This document shows positions 50,184 to 63,862 of a stretch of 64,000 nucleotides of DNA, piece after piece. Each line of letters starts with the position of its first letter. Within the stretch, counting starts at the first letter, position 1. The stretch spans positions 12,214,001 to 12,278,000 of the forward strand of contig OZ176051.1 of the NCBI GenBank assembly GCA_964247055.1, given 5' to 3'. The translations under genes were made by a program, and so were the position numbers. Origin of the DNA: Paragordius varius. Taxonomy: Eukaryota; Animalia; Nematomorpha. The notes beneath the pieces are model-generated. The model worked only from the letters and a program-made list of their open reading frames with translations. It searched no databases and was not told the DNA's origin.

Positions 50184-52234
50184 CAGAGGTACTCACCAAA
50201 AAAATTTGACGGGCCAAATAAAATATATTTTGTTTTCAAGGGCCATGAACCTTATAATGGCAAATATTTTATAGGTATTTGACACAATGCACATATTTAT
50301 ACTCTAAATCAGCACAATGAATTTTTTGCGGATCGCATGTAAACCAGCTAAAAACCGTTTTGCCCATTTAGTTTAAAAATTAAAATATTTTGATAACAAC
50401 ATTTAATATTAACCAATAATTTTGGCAAATTTGGTTTCCCTACATGACAGGCAAATATTAATGCGTCGCCCATATGATCATCGGTTAAACGATTTTTGTA
50501 TGTATTCCTGACATAGTTCATTTTTGAATATGCCGTCTCACACGTGTAAGTTGAGGAGAAAACAGTTAGAATAACTTGAGCACATTTTTTTTAAATTTAT
50601 TTGACACATAGCAAAACTCTACATATCTTTCTTCTCTACGATTCTCCTTAAATATAGCCTCCAAATTGCTATCATTTTTAAAATCTACGAATTCTTCAAT
50701 GATACCTGATCAAAAACAAAATATTTAAGTCGCTTAATATTGGATATGTCCATATGCCATGGATTTTCAACAAATTTTAAGCTATTTTTAATTATTCTTA
50801 AAATCTTAATTTTATATTAGATTAAAATGTTTAATGATTGTCTATTATTAAATTAATCTAAGCGGGGAATTCTATTCTTCATGAATCCTTATAAGTGTAT
50901 AAATCTTGATATATTTAATTTTTCTTAAAAGCAATTATTTGATTAGAAATTGGGTTATTAATTTTCTACCTGAAAGAGTATTTAAAATACTAAGTTTTAT
51001 AAGTAATGTCGCAAAGGTAGGCAAATAAAATCCACCATTTGTCACTATTATTTTCCTCGTCAAACTTTTTGATATATTTATAAATAATAGATTTTCATGT
51101 ATTAAAAGACCATCTCACAGCGGTGTACAAAAGAATATCATCTAACTCACTGTGGATATCTTTAGAAGGTTTTTGAATTTACGGTGGTTGAATTTTCTGC
51201 CACGGATGTGGTTAACTATATTTACAACCGTTATTACTGAATTGTGTGATTCATCTTTTACCCGCGAAACCAAGTTTTGCTGATGACTAAGTTAAAGGAT
51301 AAAATATTTTGCAAATGTTTTTCAAAAGAGGAATAAATCCTTTGTTTATTTCAATATAGAGAGAGCCATCTGTACAGATCTAAACCAATTTTTTCATAGA
51401 TATACCATTATTATAGAAAAAAATGCTGATTATTTTGAACCTAAAATTTAACAAATTCATACGATGCTAATGTTACAGCTTTTTCTTGGGAGAGAGCTAT
51501 GGACATAATAGATTTTTCTTTCTCGTATAATTCCTGATTCTTTTATATTCGTTTCTTTCCTCATTATTTTCTGGTAATTTATGAGAATGATGGATTGTAA
51601 ATCTTTCAATATAGTATTTTTTTATAATTATATTGTCCTGACATATAAGACACAATATTTTTATTTAACAAGAATTTTTCTTCTCATTCTTTTTTTAAGG
51701 AGTGATTTTCTCAGATAATTTACTTTTTAGCATTTGATGTCATCCTAATTTATGTTTAAATATTACGTAATTTTTTTCAAAAAATAGGAATATATTTTGA
51801 ATTATGCTATAAAAAAAGAGGTCAAAATTTAATGATGTTATCTGAAAAATATTTTATGGGAATGAGTTATTAAAACTAATGCAGGATAGCAATGAAAAGA
51901 ATATGTATATGGAAGTTTGGATGAAAGGCTTGATTAAATACAAAAAATGCAAAAATTTCAAGATAGAAAAGAAAATTGAGTAGAAACAACGTGTGTCAAA
52001 ATTTTGGAATCATTTTAATGTAGGGAGATTTTACATTTCAAATTGGGTTAAAAATAAAAATTACCCAAATTAAGTCTACGGAAAATAAATTAATATTAAA
52101 ATAAGCGAAAATTCGTTTATGTGTATAAATTCATCAATAAAAATAATAATATAAGTATCAATATGGACATAGGGCAATTATAAAGCAATCTTAGGGCCGC
52201 ATGCGGCCCGCAGGCCGCGGTTTGAGTACCACTG
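50184..52234 (-). mobile_element. Decayed, internally deleted hAT (Buster/Charlie-type) transposon
   Basis: Termini CAGAGGTACTCA / TGAGTACCACTG with a GGGCCGCATGCGGCCC subterminal palindrome. Minus-strand relics ICTDG, HQQNL, YTAVRW and FSSTYTCETAYSKMN. No clear TSD. Confidence 0.8.
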
Positions 52235-52259
52235 AAAGGTATTACCAATTTTAAAATAT

Positions 52260-52650
52260 GCTTTTTAACCTTTTTACGCGCATGCTTTATAATTTTTTTT
52301 AAAAAAGGTAAAATTGAAAGATCCACATCTCAAACATTTTCGCCGCCATTTTTTTAAATAACATGGTTGATACAACATGCCAATAAATCTATATTATGGT
52401 TAGAGAAGTAAATAATTGTTAAAAAGCTTTCAGGCGACATTTACGAGCAAATACTTGATATTAATTGATATTAAAATAAGATGTTTTTTCAATTTTGTTT
52501 TGGAGCTAGCCCAATTTTATAGTTAGAAAGAACTGCAAAATTTTAAGTTTTTATAATACAGGAGAACAAAGTTTGATAATTAACCAAAACATCTGCCAAA
52601 ACAGTAGTTTACTTAGCAGATTGAACTCTGGGATAAATAATTATCCCAAT
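52260..52650. mobile_element. Diverged MITE family A copy
   Basis: TTCGCCGCCATTTT core and CTCTGGGATAAA terminus-like sequence. Confidence 0.55.
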
Positions 52651-53749
52651 ATGGCATTACCAAAAAATAAAAGGTCATTAAGTGTTAAAGTGCTTTTTAC
52701 ATGCCAAAATTTATTTAAAGATATAATCATATTTATTTTACGCTAAAATTAATTTTACATTGGTGTATATATGAGAATTTTTTTATAACACTGCTGATAA
52801 AAAAGCTTGAGAAAATATTATATATGTTGAAAAAGGTAATAGGATTCTAGCGTTGGTTTTATTTACACTTGATAATTCAAGAAAGTCGCATTTGTGCATA
52901 TAGAGGCAAAATATTGTTTTGCTCAGGATTGTGGCGACAGGTCAAACTAGTCGCGACCACAAAAAATTAAATAAAACTTACAGCATGATGTTCAACTAAC
53001 ATTGGTGAAGGTTAGATAATTATTGTTTGATTTTTTGAATATGTAATGTTAGCAAAAATTAAATTTATGAGTCGATGAGTAGAGCATAAATAAGTATGTG
53101 ATTTTACTAAATTCTATATCAGGTTTTTTTTGCTATTAATAATATCGGTTGTATTTAATATAATAATTAATAACCCAAGTCTTATCTTTTGGCTGTGATT
53201 TTAACTATTTATAAGGCCTTATGTATGATTCGGAAAAATCACTAATTGTAGAATTAATAACTTTTAAATTATTAAAATATATTTTTATATAAAAACCTTT
53301 TGTAAATAATTTATGATATGTGGTATTTACTTTTGACACTGACATTTGGTTTGACATACCCGATTTTTTGAAAAAGGGGGTCAAAATCCCAACCCAATTT
53401 GCCTATTAATATCTAAAAAGGTTATAAGTTTATTTTTTTAATTTATAGATAGCAATTTGTATCACTTTAATCCAATGGTAATCGAATTTCGACCCACGGG
53501 TGGTATGCGGCTAAACCTTGATACAAAATATATCTTATTCGTCCAATAAAAAAATATTGGTTACTATCACTGATCAAGAGAATTGCCGATGTGCCGAAAT
53601 ATTCAAAATGTATCTTTGATTACAATCATTATAATTTTAACAATTGCTTAAAAAAATCTCAATGTTTTGATCACAAGATATGGTAACGTCTATTATATAA
53701 GCCTGGCTAGGACTTATACGCTATGCACAACCATTTAAAAAACCATGCT

Positions 53750-54420
53750 TATTAGTAATATTCGTATGGCCATATTTAATATTGGCTTGCGGTGCTAATA
53801 TTTATATTAGCCGCTGGATACAGCCCCATTTTGTAAAATGCTACCATGTAAAATTAATTCTTTGCCGAGACAATGGAAAATCACTATAGTTTTAGTTCGT
53901 ACAAAAATTCTAGGCGAGCGCTTTTTTCAGCGCTGCTGAGCCCCATCGTCTGTAAAATAGGACATAAATTTGAAATCTAAGCAAATTTTTGAAAATATAT
54001 AAGAATATAAGGTATGATAATGGCTTTTATAATTTTCCATATGAAGACATACGAACGCTTTATCGAAACGGTCGCTTAAAGCCTCCGCCTTTTATGTACA
54101 ATCCTCCAACTGTTAATTATAATCTGGCTTTAAGACACGTTCTGAGTCTATATAAAATCGATATTGGTTTCAGGAAAAATCCTATATGAAAGCAGAATTT
54201 GGTTCTTTTTTGTTATCGGCTATGTAGTGTCCTATCTTCTATTTTCTATACGCTATTATGTAAGCGTGACTTTGAGCAAACTTTTTTTCGGGCAAGTACA
54301 AAATCAGCAATAATTTAAGGTCTCCGTATAAAGAAAACTTTTCGCTTTTTAACAAGCCGTTTGGTAGGGCTCATGTGAGACCACCATTTAAAAATAAAAT
54401 AATCGGAATTTCGTCAGAAA
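53750..54420 (-). pseudogene. Possible decayed DDE transposase of an unassigned DNA-transposon class
   Basis: Degenerate DFS*NQY and YFTDDGAQQ motifs resemble the DFSENY...FSDG..QYKN class of invertebrate transposases. Many stops. Confidence 0.35.
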
Positions 54421-55727
54421 ACATAGAGACCATATGAATTCAAATTTTTGTCTGGTATAAATTCAAACTTCCTCTGAAATTTTCGCTAATAGTTCTTATT
54501 ATATTAACCACTGAAAAGGGTATTTTAAATAAAATGCACCACTATTTAAACTGCTTTAAATATAAATTTGATAGTTTTCTGCACCGATAAAGACAAAAAA
54601 TTATTGGATCCCTTTTTATGTCGGCCGCTATGGCCCGAAGCAATTTAAAATATGAGATCATATGAAAGAATTTAGATATTTTGATTTGAGAGTTCCACGC
54701 CATATAATAAGGTCGCTTTGAAACAGATTGTCCTATTACCATAAGATTAAATAGTTGCATTCATTTCATGTATAAGGGTATTAATTAGAATAGCGTTTTT
54801 CTTGTGTTAACTACTAAGTAGAGCAACATCCTATCTCAAATATCACGCTATATAAATGTTGCGACGTTTTGTGTGAAGTTTATAAGACTAACTGATCAGT
54901 ATTTACCATATTAAAAGCAATTTAGTCAAAGATTTTTAAAATAAAAATTGGTTAGGGCCTTAAAATACACAACCCATAAAAATTAGGTGACCTTAAATTT
55001 AAAAATAAATACTAGTCGGGGTGCTACTCTATGTATAATATGCTTCAAAAGATAAAAATTATGTCTTTTATTAAATATTATTCTATTTTGTAGAAAAATA
55101 TGTTACGATTAACTAATGTACGACCTAGTCAGAAAGCGTAACAGTGAGTGGCTATAAATTATGATATCTTTGAATGGTAAAATATGGGAATTTTATAAGA
55201 TTTCAGAACCTAAAAAATTTACTTAATCAATATTTGTCATTTTTTAGCATCTAAAGTTAAATAAAAGTGCCCAAAGCGGTTTTAATTAATGCTATGAATA
55301 TCCTAATACATGAAATCGTTAATAAATAAAGTTGTTTTGTCATGAGGTAGACATTTGACCTTGAACTGATTTAATATATTCAAAGGTATAACCGTTTCAA
55401 TGAGATAGTAAGCCAAATATTATCAAGTATTATTTTTTTATTTATTCTAATTAAAATAATTTTGTTTATAATCATCTTTCTAATGTCTTTTAACCGATAC
55501 ATATTCATATTTCTCTGTTATAATTTGCCTATGAATACCAATGAATATGGCATAATGTTTGGAAGAAAGAGTAAATTATTTAAAACGAACTATCTGTACA
55601 CTATTCTATGTTGTTATGATTTTAATTATTTTTTGATTTACTTTGAGATTTTATTAATTAATTCAATGCTTTTGCATGTATGCAACTTTTTCAATTATTA
55701 AAGTGGCGAATAAATGAATTTTTTCAG

Positions 55728-56042
55728 CTTTGCAGTGTTCCCGAACATGTCCAAATTATTGCGATACCTTTGATCTTGTGAAATGCGATTGTTCATGCTC
55801 TGCGACCCCTCGTTGCTATGACGCTTTTTGTGACCCTGGTTCCGGTTACAGAATTGACTATACTAATGGATGCTATACCTGCGAAGGTAATATATAATTG
55901 ATTCCAAATTGAAGTCCCACACAATGCCATAAGGGAAGTTAATCTAGATGTATGTTTACAAGAATCCCCCATTGATCAAGATTATGTAATTTATATAAAC
56001 AGTAAAGAGGATGAATGTGCCACCATTGATGAAAATAAATAA
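55728..56042 (+). CDS. Cys-rich exon (55728-55886) of an uncharacterised, probably extracellular protein; possible terminal exon 55915-56042 after a 28-nt intron
   Basis: TTTTCAG acceptor, then LQCSRTCPNYCDTFDLVKCDCSCSATPRCYDAFCDPGSGYRIDYTNGCYTCE (10 Cys), phase-1 GTAATA donor. Higher GC than the flanks. No upstream exon found. Confidence 0.6.
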
Positions 56043-56541
56043 GTAGGATACGGTGTGGTTGGAAACAAAAAATTGCAATTGGAAGAAAATTCAGCTAACG
56101 TTTTTACAATCCATTAATTTTTATCAAAAAATTAATTATAAAAATAAGGCTTATAGAAAATCAGCATCAGTCTCTTTTTTATAATATGCCTAGACGAATG
56201 CAACACGACTACGTTAATTTGATATTAGCCAGGAAGTTGATTAGCGCTGTCAGATGATGCAGCAATCTGATTGTAAAATATTAAAAGGGTAAATTTTTAT
56301 GCAATTTGAACATAAGTTGGATTAAACATATCTGAAAACTACTTACCTGAAAGTTGAACATACTTGTTTAAAGCGATCACAATACACATATTATGGCATG
56401 GGCTATGACTAATTTGGTGATGCATCTTGAAGTGGCTGAAATAGATTAAAGTATAGAAATAAAAATTTTGTTGATAATGTCCATTTCGCCTTTTTGTCCG
56501 TGATGACATACCAGGCTAGTTTTATATCCCAGAACTTAATC

Positions 56542-57193
56542 CAGGGCTTGGAAACCGATTCTAAATTTAAAACCGGTTTTTAAACGGTTAAATTTTAACT
56601 GATTTAGATTCCGGTTGTTTCCATTTTTTGGCTCTAGAATCGGTAAAAAGTGGAACCTGTTCGAAAACGGTTCTTAAAATTAATAAATTGATCCAGTTCC
56701 GGTTTTCGAATTTTTTTGGCAGAACTGGTTATCTGTAGAATAAAACCGGTTAATCATCCGTAAATTTGGAATTTTACCTTAATTAAATTGGTTTTGTATA
56801 ATCCTTTTATTAACGATCCACATTTGGAGCATTTTCTTTTTCTTATACTACAAACTTGCATAATTTTATATCCTTCCTTGCAAAAATAATATGAATGAAA
56901 GGAAAAAAATAAAATAATATATCAGTGTATTTAAAGTTTGTACATAATAGTGTCACTTAAAGTTTAGCCATCATAAAAAGCTTGGTTTCTAATATACAAC
57001 CAGTTCTAAAACGGTTACATTTAAACTGGTTGCGGTTTCTGTTTTTACATTTTTTTCGGTGTCAGAGCTGTTTTTTTAAAAATTGGACATGTTCCAAAAC
57101 GGTTTTTAATTTTTTAAAACTGTTCCAGTACTAGTTCACATTGTGGGACATCGGTTCCACAATAGTTTCTTGCGGTTCTGGTCCCAAGTCCTG
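56542..57193. mobile_element. Non-autonomous hAT-like element with many AACCGG/CCGGTT subterminal repeats
   Basis: Ends CAGGGCTTGG / CCAAGTCCTG. Flanks ACTTAATC / AAATAAAT match only partially. Confidence 0.6.
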
Positions 57194-57369
57194 AAATAAA
57201 TTAATGTCAAACTAGTTATTTTGTTAAAAATTTAATTATCAAACATTGCTCTCCTGCATTAAATGGTATAGTTTATATTTTTTACAGTTCTACTACTAGA
57301 GTCCAAAATTGGGACAGGTTAAAATAAATATATATCGAGTTAAACGCCTAATATTTATTTAATTACATT

Positions 57370-57605
57370 TTTTAACCATAATATACATTTATATACCTAT
57401 TAAAGCGATTAAAAAATTTAAAGAAAAAAATGGCGGAGGAAAGATTTAAGATGAGTATTTACAATTTTACATCTTTAAAAAATTTTTTTTGTATTATGCG
57501 CTTAAAAAAGCCAAAAGAACATATTTATAAATTTAAACCAATAGCTCAAATTCTTTATTAGATAATCATTTCAAATCATTCTGGGATATAAAACTACCCA
57601 AAAAG
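57370..57605. mobile_element. Partial MITE family A copy
   Basis: AAAATGGCGG core, TATGCGC motif and CTGGGATATAAAACTACCCAAAAAG terminus. Confidence 0.65.
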
Positions 57606-58029
57606 CTCATAACTTTTTATGATTTAAGTGTTTTTAGGCTTTTCATTATAAGATGCAAAAGGAAGTTTTTATTATCTTATGGGAATCATCTATTGTAACA
57701 AATAAGTACTTGATTTTAGTGAAATCGATTAAAATTTTAGGTAATTCTCATATAATGATAAAATAATAAGATGTTTTAAAATTTTTTTAGAGGGTCGATT
57801 ATATTCACTTTGAATAATTTTAGTAATATTAATTATCTTTAAGTTTTTCAATAATTATGACATAAAATAGGATTTAAAAACCCTGAGGATTTATTGTAAT
57901 CAATAAGTGATTAGGTTTCCATACATTTTTAAAATCTCTTTATTGAATATTTTATTAGTGTGATAGATTGTGATAATTAGTTTGATTTTCTGTGCATGTT
58001 AGTTAAAAAATTATAAACCCATCGTCTTT

Positions 58030-58219
58030 GGATTAAAATTATTTTTGTATTTTGATGTAATTTTTAAATATTATTATAAAATGGTGTGGACAAAGTGACT
58101 CTATTCGTAAAGCAGGAATATACATCATTTTAAGTGTTGAATAAATCTTTTCACAGCTAATACCTTTGATGACCGCGAAAATTTAATTTTGTAAATCTAT
58201 AAAAGCGTGGACACCTCTG
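58030..58219 (+). mobile_element. 3' end fragment related to the hAT at 17144-19855
   Basis: Similar to 19650-19855 (GTAAAGCAGG.ATATACATCATTT.AAGTGTTGA, TGACCGCGAA). Ends TGGACACCTCTG. Confidence 0.7.
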
Positions 58220-58637
58220 CCAAATAAGGTAATATAGTACTATTGTCTTTTATAATTTATAAGGACAGTTTTTGTTATATAACCAAGAAAATTAATTTAA
58301 GGCTGTTTTATCAAAACCACAGAATATTAATTTTAAACGATCATCGTAAATTGTTAGTCTTTATTTATAAGATTACAAACACTTATGTGATCGATATTTA
58401 AATTAATGTCATAACTAACCTAGTATTAATACGACTTTATTTCCATTTCTCGACGAAATAATTACCAATCTTAAGCGGCAAAATAATAATAATAAATGCT
58501 TGTAATGTATTCGTAACTCTAAATTTTAGTCCCATTCTTTTATGAGGGCGGAATTTTTTGACCTTGAGTGCGTAGCCCTGAAAACATTTGTGTTGAGTAC
58601 AGAATAAATATGGCTTAACTTTATCTTCAACTTCACG

Positions 58638-58641
<4 letters not shown>

Positions 58642-58670
<29 letters not shown>
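58642..58670. repeat. (AT)n microsatellite
   Basis: Direct reading. Confidence 0.9.
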
Positions 58671-58674
<4 letters not shown>

Positions 58675-59087
58675 TTTAATTTTTGTGGCTAGTAGTAAAA
58701 AAATCAACTTTCTTATACTTTTTGAAACTGGTTAATTAACCCAATATTTTAAGTGCATGGAATGTGCAGGTGCGCAGATGCGTGATGCTTTTTTAAAGAA
58801 ATGGATGGATCGATTTCGCATTATTTTGCCCTATGCTATCGTGACCTAAATTTAAACGTCACAAAATTACCTATTTGCAATGAAATAAATTAATGGAGGC
58901 TGTAGAAATCGCAATAAACAATTAAAAAAATATGATCAATCTTTCATATTTTATCAAAAATAAGAAAAAAATTGATATTTTTAAACTCTTGTGTTTCCTA
59001 GGCTAGGCTCATAAATTAGACAATACATTGTGCCAACTCGCCCTAATCCAAAAAAAGCAATATATTAAATAATAATTATGACTATAG

Positions 59088-59580
59088 AAATTCCAACTAC
59101 ACCGACCACACCAACGACACCTTCAACAACCTCAACCTCTAGTCCTACAACGCCGTCAACACCTGCCACACCAAGCCCAACCCCATCTGCTACTCCGGGG
59201 CCTACAAGACCCTCGCTGCCCCCAAATCCGTCCCCTTTGATGGTGACTTTAACTATATTGACTGCACTTACACCAGCTACAAATGCTTTTAGTTTTCAAT
59301 CTAGTCCCGTACCTATAACAATTACTCATTCAGATGCCTATGATAAAAGTATGTGGCCCGATTTCTACTGTTGTAAAAACGGTTTCAAAAAATGTGAAAG
59401 CTATATATCAATCACTAAATATTTGATTCAAAACTTTGATATATTTTTTTAGCCCCGAGGGTAATTAATAGAGCCCGTTTTACGAGATTGTTTACACGTA
59501 CTCGAACTAATAGAGTGACTAGAAAAAACAGTAGGATTACTTTTCGAACAAGTCGTTCAAGAACACCTAAGCTAATGTGA
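59088..59580 (+). CDS. Uncharacterised protein: Thr/Pro-rich mucin-like exon (59088-59348) plus Arg/Thr-rich terminal exon (59453-59580)
   Basis: Phase-1 acceptor TATAG, IPTTPTTPTTPSTTST..., GTATGT donor, 104-nt intron, TTTTTAG acceptor, then an in-phase open exon ending TGA. Confidence 0.65.
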
Positions 59581-62249
59581 CCAGATAGGCTGTTTTTCGC
59601 AGTACAGTACTGGGTTTTCAGAAAAAAACTGCGCCTGTACTGCGCCCACTTTTGTACTGCTTTTTGAAATTAAAAAAATTTAATTTTTTATAATTAAATA
59701 TTAATTACCTTTTATTTATTCAAAAAAATTATCTTAGAATTTAATATAGTACCTCTGCAAAATAACCCCATAATTTGTAAAAAAATGGTTCATTTTTAGG
59801 TAAAAAAACTAAGATTGGCCTGTTTTAAATTGGTTAATATATTTTTCGGCAAGAAATATACATATAATTGGGATTTAAATCGGTAAAACCGCTTATGATT
59901 GCAGCCTTTCGCGCTAGGCGAAACTATATCACAAAGATTCAAACTAATGGATTTTTAATCAGGGCTTCCGCAAAAAGAGGTGCCTCAAAATTTAATACCA
60001 ACATTAATTTATGATATTTTCATAAATGTTTGATCTTTAAAGTTCATTTTTTGATATAATTATCAAACGGAAAATTATATAGAAAATTGTATTCCCATAT
60101 ATTATTTAAAATTTATTATATATGGCACATGATTGCTAAATAATCTGTTTTCGTATTAAAAAGTTAAAGTTTTTTTGAGCTTTCTATACTCATTAGGTGG
60201 AAGTATGATATTTCTTAATTTTTTCCCTAAACTTTAATTTTTTTAGTTATATTATTTTTTTGCATACACAAATTTGAGATATTTTGTTGAAGCGTACTTC
60301 AAACTATTTTGAAGCAGATGGAAACAATATAACGCTTTAAGAAATAATAAAACCCTTTTTAAACGATGTTGAACTACCATTGGAGAAATTTAATTCAAAG
60401 GTTTGTTTGCTTGCAAATTTTGGTGAATTTATGTAAAAAAACACATTAATGCTGAGTGAGAAAAACGTATGGCATTATCGAATTATATATGTGTTAAACG
60501 GCAAAATTTTGATAAAAATTAAATTTTTGAAAGTATGCACTTATTTAGAATATTTAGTTGATATCATTTAGCATATATTTAGAATTATTGCACAATATCG
60601 GAGTTTTTGTGTTTTCTTAAAGAGAACAATCCATTAAGGCCAAAAAAATTTTCTAACAATTTAAAATTTTTACAATTATTATTTTATAGCACCTACCACA
60701 AAAGTGTAAATAACTTTCTTTAAAACTCGTAAAGCTTAAACAAAAACAACATGATAATCCTGATATTTTCCTATCAGAATATAAATTCTTTATCAGGATA
60801 TTTTTTTTGTGAAAACTGTGTAATATTCCACACCGATGGTGTAAAAACGGGAAATGGATGTTTTAATTTTGTACTGCGTCAGAGTTTAAAAAATCTGGTC
60901 ACATTAACCTAAGCGAATAAGTCGCCGAACACCTGCAATTAGACGAACTTTATTTACACACTGTACACGGCTTTTCAGAACTAAAGGTAATATTAAAACG
61001 ATTTCTAAAAAATCCACTCCTAAAACCTCAATAAAGCAAAAAAGAACTGCTCGAGCTGGTAGAAGAACGGCTCGTGCGAAAAATTACGTGTGATATCATA
61101 TATTCTTTAATACATACACAAGTGATTTTTTAGATGATTAACCTTGCGAGCTCCTGAAAGATTTTAAAAAGATAGTAATAAATTGTTTCTATGTGATATC
61201 AGTTAACTTTCATATTTATTTTATTTATATATAATAATAAAAAAATAATATAATATATAAAGATAGCCTAAAATTATTTTTTTAACCAAGCATGTCCAAA
61301 AACGGCTTTTCAACCTAATCCTGCGGACCACACATTAATGTATATCAAAGATATTGATCTCTCAAATTAGAATTGGATGTAATTCTTTATAACATTGAGA
61401 ACAATTTAATATATTTTTTTAATTCTTTTGTTTGTATTTCTATATTACAAATAAATGTTTTCAACAATTTATACTTACAAATATACAATTTAACAACATG
61501 TATCTAAAAAAAATTTTTTTTCTCTGTTTATAGTCACATACCATCAGTTAAGAGATATAACCCTAACTTTAAAATATTATTATCTTACCATACATTAAAT
61601 AATGATAAAGTATCGTTTCATTTTTTTTTCTGACATAGTTTATCATTTTTTCTGTATTATGTTTTCGAACAAAATTTCATTTTTAAAAAATGTGGAAAGT
61701 ATAGGTAATTTTTGATACTCAAAAACACATGATAGGATGGATAGGTGTAAATGTTCCAAAAATTTGAATTCTTAACAAATTTGAACTAAGAATAAATTGT
61801 AGGGGTAAATGTTATATAATTCCGTTATCTTACATGCTTGAAAATTAATCAAATACGCTTCATCAAAATTTTATTATAAATTAAATTTAAAATATGCTGT
61901 TTACAGAAATTTTTTTTGGTATCATATATTAAAAATTGTTATAACCCTATCTCAATAGTTTAGCTTTTTTAAAAATAACTAACCCGTTATGTTTTTTATT
62001 CTTATCTCCATCACCTCTATTTAATGCAAAGTATTAAAAATTATTATCGGTGAGACTACCTCACAGCGAGGCGTGACAGGGCCAGCTAGTAGACTATAAA
62101 ATGTTTTATCAACCATATATTGTAAAAAAATATTTTTACGCTTTATTTCTACTTTAATTGAACCATTAAAAAATAGCGTATTGCAATACAAACGGTTAAA
62201 AACAATTTATTGTTAAAAATTAATTTACATATAATTCAGGACGAACTTT

Positions 62250-62373
62250 TATTTGTTGATTCTCTGCATATTAAGCATAATGCTTTGTTGTAAGTTTTAA
62301 TGAAACAATAATCATATACCCAATTCGCATTAAATTCGCGGTTTCCTTCCTTAATTTTTCTTTTCTTTGACAT
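62250..62373 (-). pseudogene. N-terminal fragment of a second GTF2IRD2-like hAT transposase
   Basis: MSKKRKIKEGNREFNANWVYDYCFIKTYNKALCLICRES, then truncated. Confidence 0.7.
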
Positions 62374-62609
62374 TTTTTTAATAGAAAATATATAAAAATG
62401 ATGGCCTACTTTTTTTAGTAAACAAGTAAAGGGTGTAGCGTCGGAAGATCGTCGGCCACCTGCCGTCAAGGCAATCTCTACCCACCCGTAACGCATTGAG
62501 CTTCAGAGCGGGGAGACACATACGAGGTTGGGTTTGACGTTAGTATCTACATACATAAATAAATGCCTTCATGTTACATGTGTTAATGGGAGTTAGTATA
62601 GTTAAAAAG

Positions 62610-62610
<1 letters not shown>

Positions 62611-62652
<42 letters not shown>
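62611..62652. repeat. (TA)n microsatellite
   Basis: Direct reading. Confidence 0.95.
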
Positions 62653-62658
<6 letters not shown>

Positions 62659-63699
62659 GAAATGTTAATTTTGCCTTGTTAGGTAGGTAAAAGCAATATT
62701 TGAGTTTAAATAATCGTACAGACAGGGTTTGATCCTTACTCCAGAAAGTAATGTCAAAGGTCTATGTCGGGTCAAATGTAGAGCTACTTTTAAGCTCTTA
62801 TCTTTGTGGAATGGGGTTTTCTTTTGCTTCTAAATGAGTGTGGCCTTTAAGGTAGACCAATTTTGGAGATATAGACATTACAAGCGTCAACGTTACCCCT
62901 TCGTGCGACCATGTTTCAGTCATACCTTCAACTGGGACGCTAACCCGGGATAAGTGGTCGTTGACCTTGCTCTGAGCTAAGTCTCAACGCCGACCAACAG
63001 AGATGTCGGAGATTGGTAACCAGCCCTGCTCAAATATCAGCGGCTCCAAAATTGCTTCCCAGGACGTCGTCACCAATGATTCATTCAGTGGTACATTTTG
63101 TTCGTGGGATATCTGTGGGAAGCAGTATATATTATAAACTAACTGTAATATTGGTGTTTACCATTATCAGATTTAGTTGTAAATATTACATCAATACTAA
63201 CTGACTTTAACAGAGCGTTGTAAAATAAAAATTTATACCTTATCCAGCAGTGGGAATTAACCTTAAAATACTACCGACTTCGCAATAGTACCATTCAATC
63301 TGGAGCAAAGTAGTATTGGTAATCAGCCTTCAAATATCAGCGGTTCCGATGTCATCGTCATGGGGAAGTTTTGTATTGGTCTCCAACGGGATAGGATTAG
63401 TAACTCTGGTGCGTTTCCTCGTTGTCAGGAGCTTAAAAATGATAGAGGTGCATAATCCTAATAGCGTTCATTAGCTCAGCTTCAAGAGCCCAGTTGGCCA
63501 CAGTTACTGAAGTTCTTTCGGTAAGTTTTAAAGATCGGGGTCATTGCGGTTGTACAGTCATTCGATTCTAGCCTGGAATGGATTTCGTCATTGTTGCGTC
63601 AGCCGGTGCCACACATCAAAAAGTCGTACTTTTTTTAGTATTCATTCGTGTGTTTATGAGAGCAAAACATCAGCAAACGGTCAAATGAAAGAATGCGTT

Positions 63700-63854
63700 T
63701 TGATCAACCCTTTATACAAAAGGTAATGTTTATTAAATTTGTGTAACAAAATAAGATTTTTGCACATTCAGCAAAAAATTTATTAGTATTTTAAGACTTT
63801 TTGACTATTGGGCCGCATAAAGGTTTCAATTGGGCCGTATATTGGCCACCCCTG
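63700..63854 (-). mobile_element. hAT terminus (CAGGGGTGGCCAA on the minus strand), probably the 5' end of the element whose transposase starts at 62373
   Basis: TIR plus GGGCCG/CGGCCC subterminal motifs. The link to 62373 is inferred. Confidence 0.65.
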
Positions 63855-63862
63855 CTCTAGTG

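Noticed and set aside
60780-61160. Moderately GC-rich, coding-like stretch
   Set aside because: All frames are interrupted and no recognisable motif was found; left unannotated.
62720-62745. GGGTTTGATCC resembles a tRNA T-loop/B-box
   Set aside because: No cloverleaf or A-box could be built around it.
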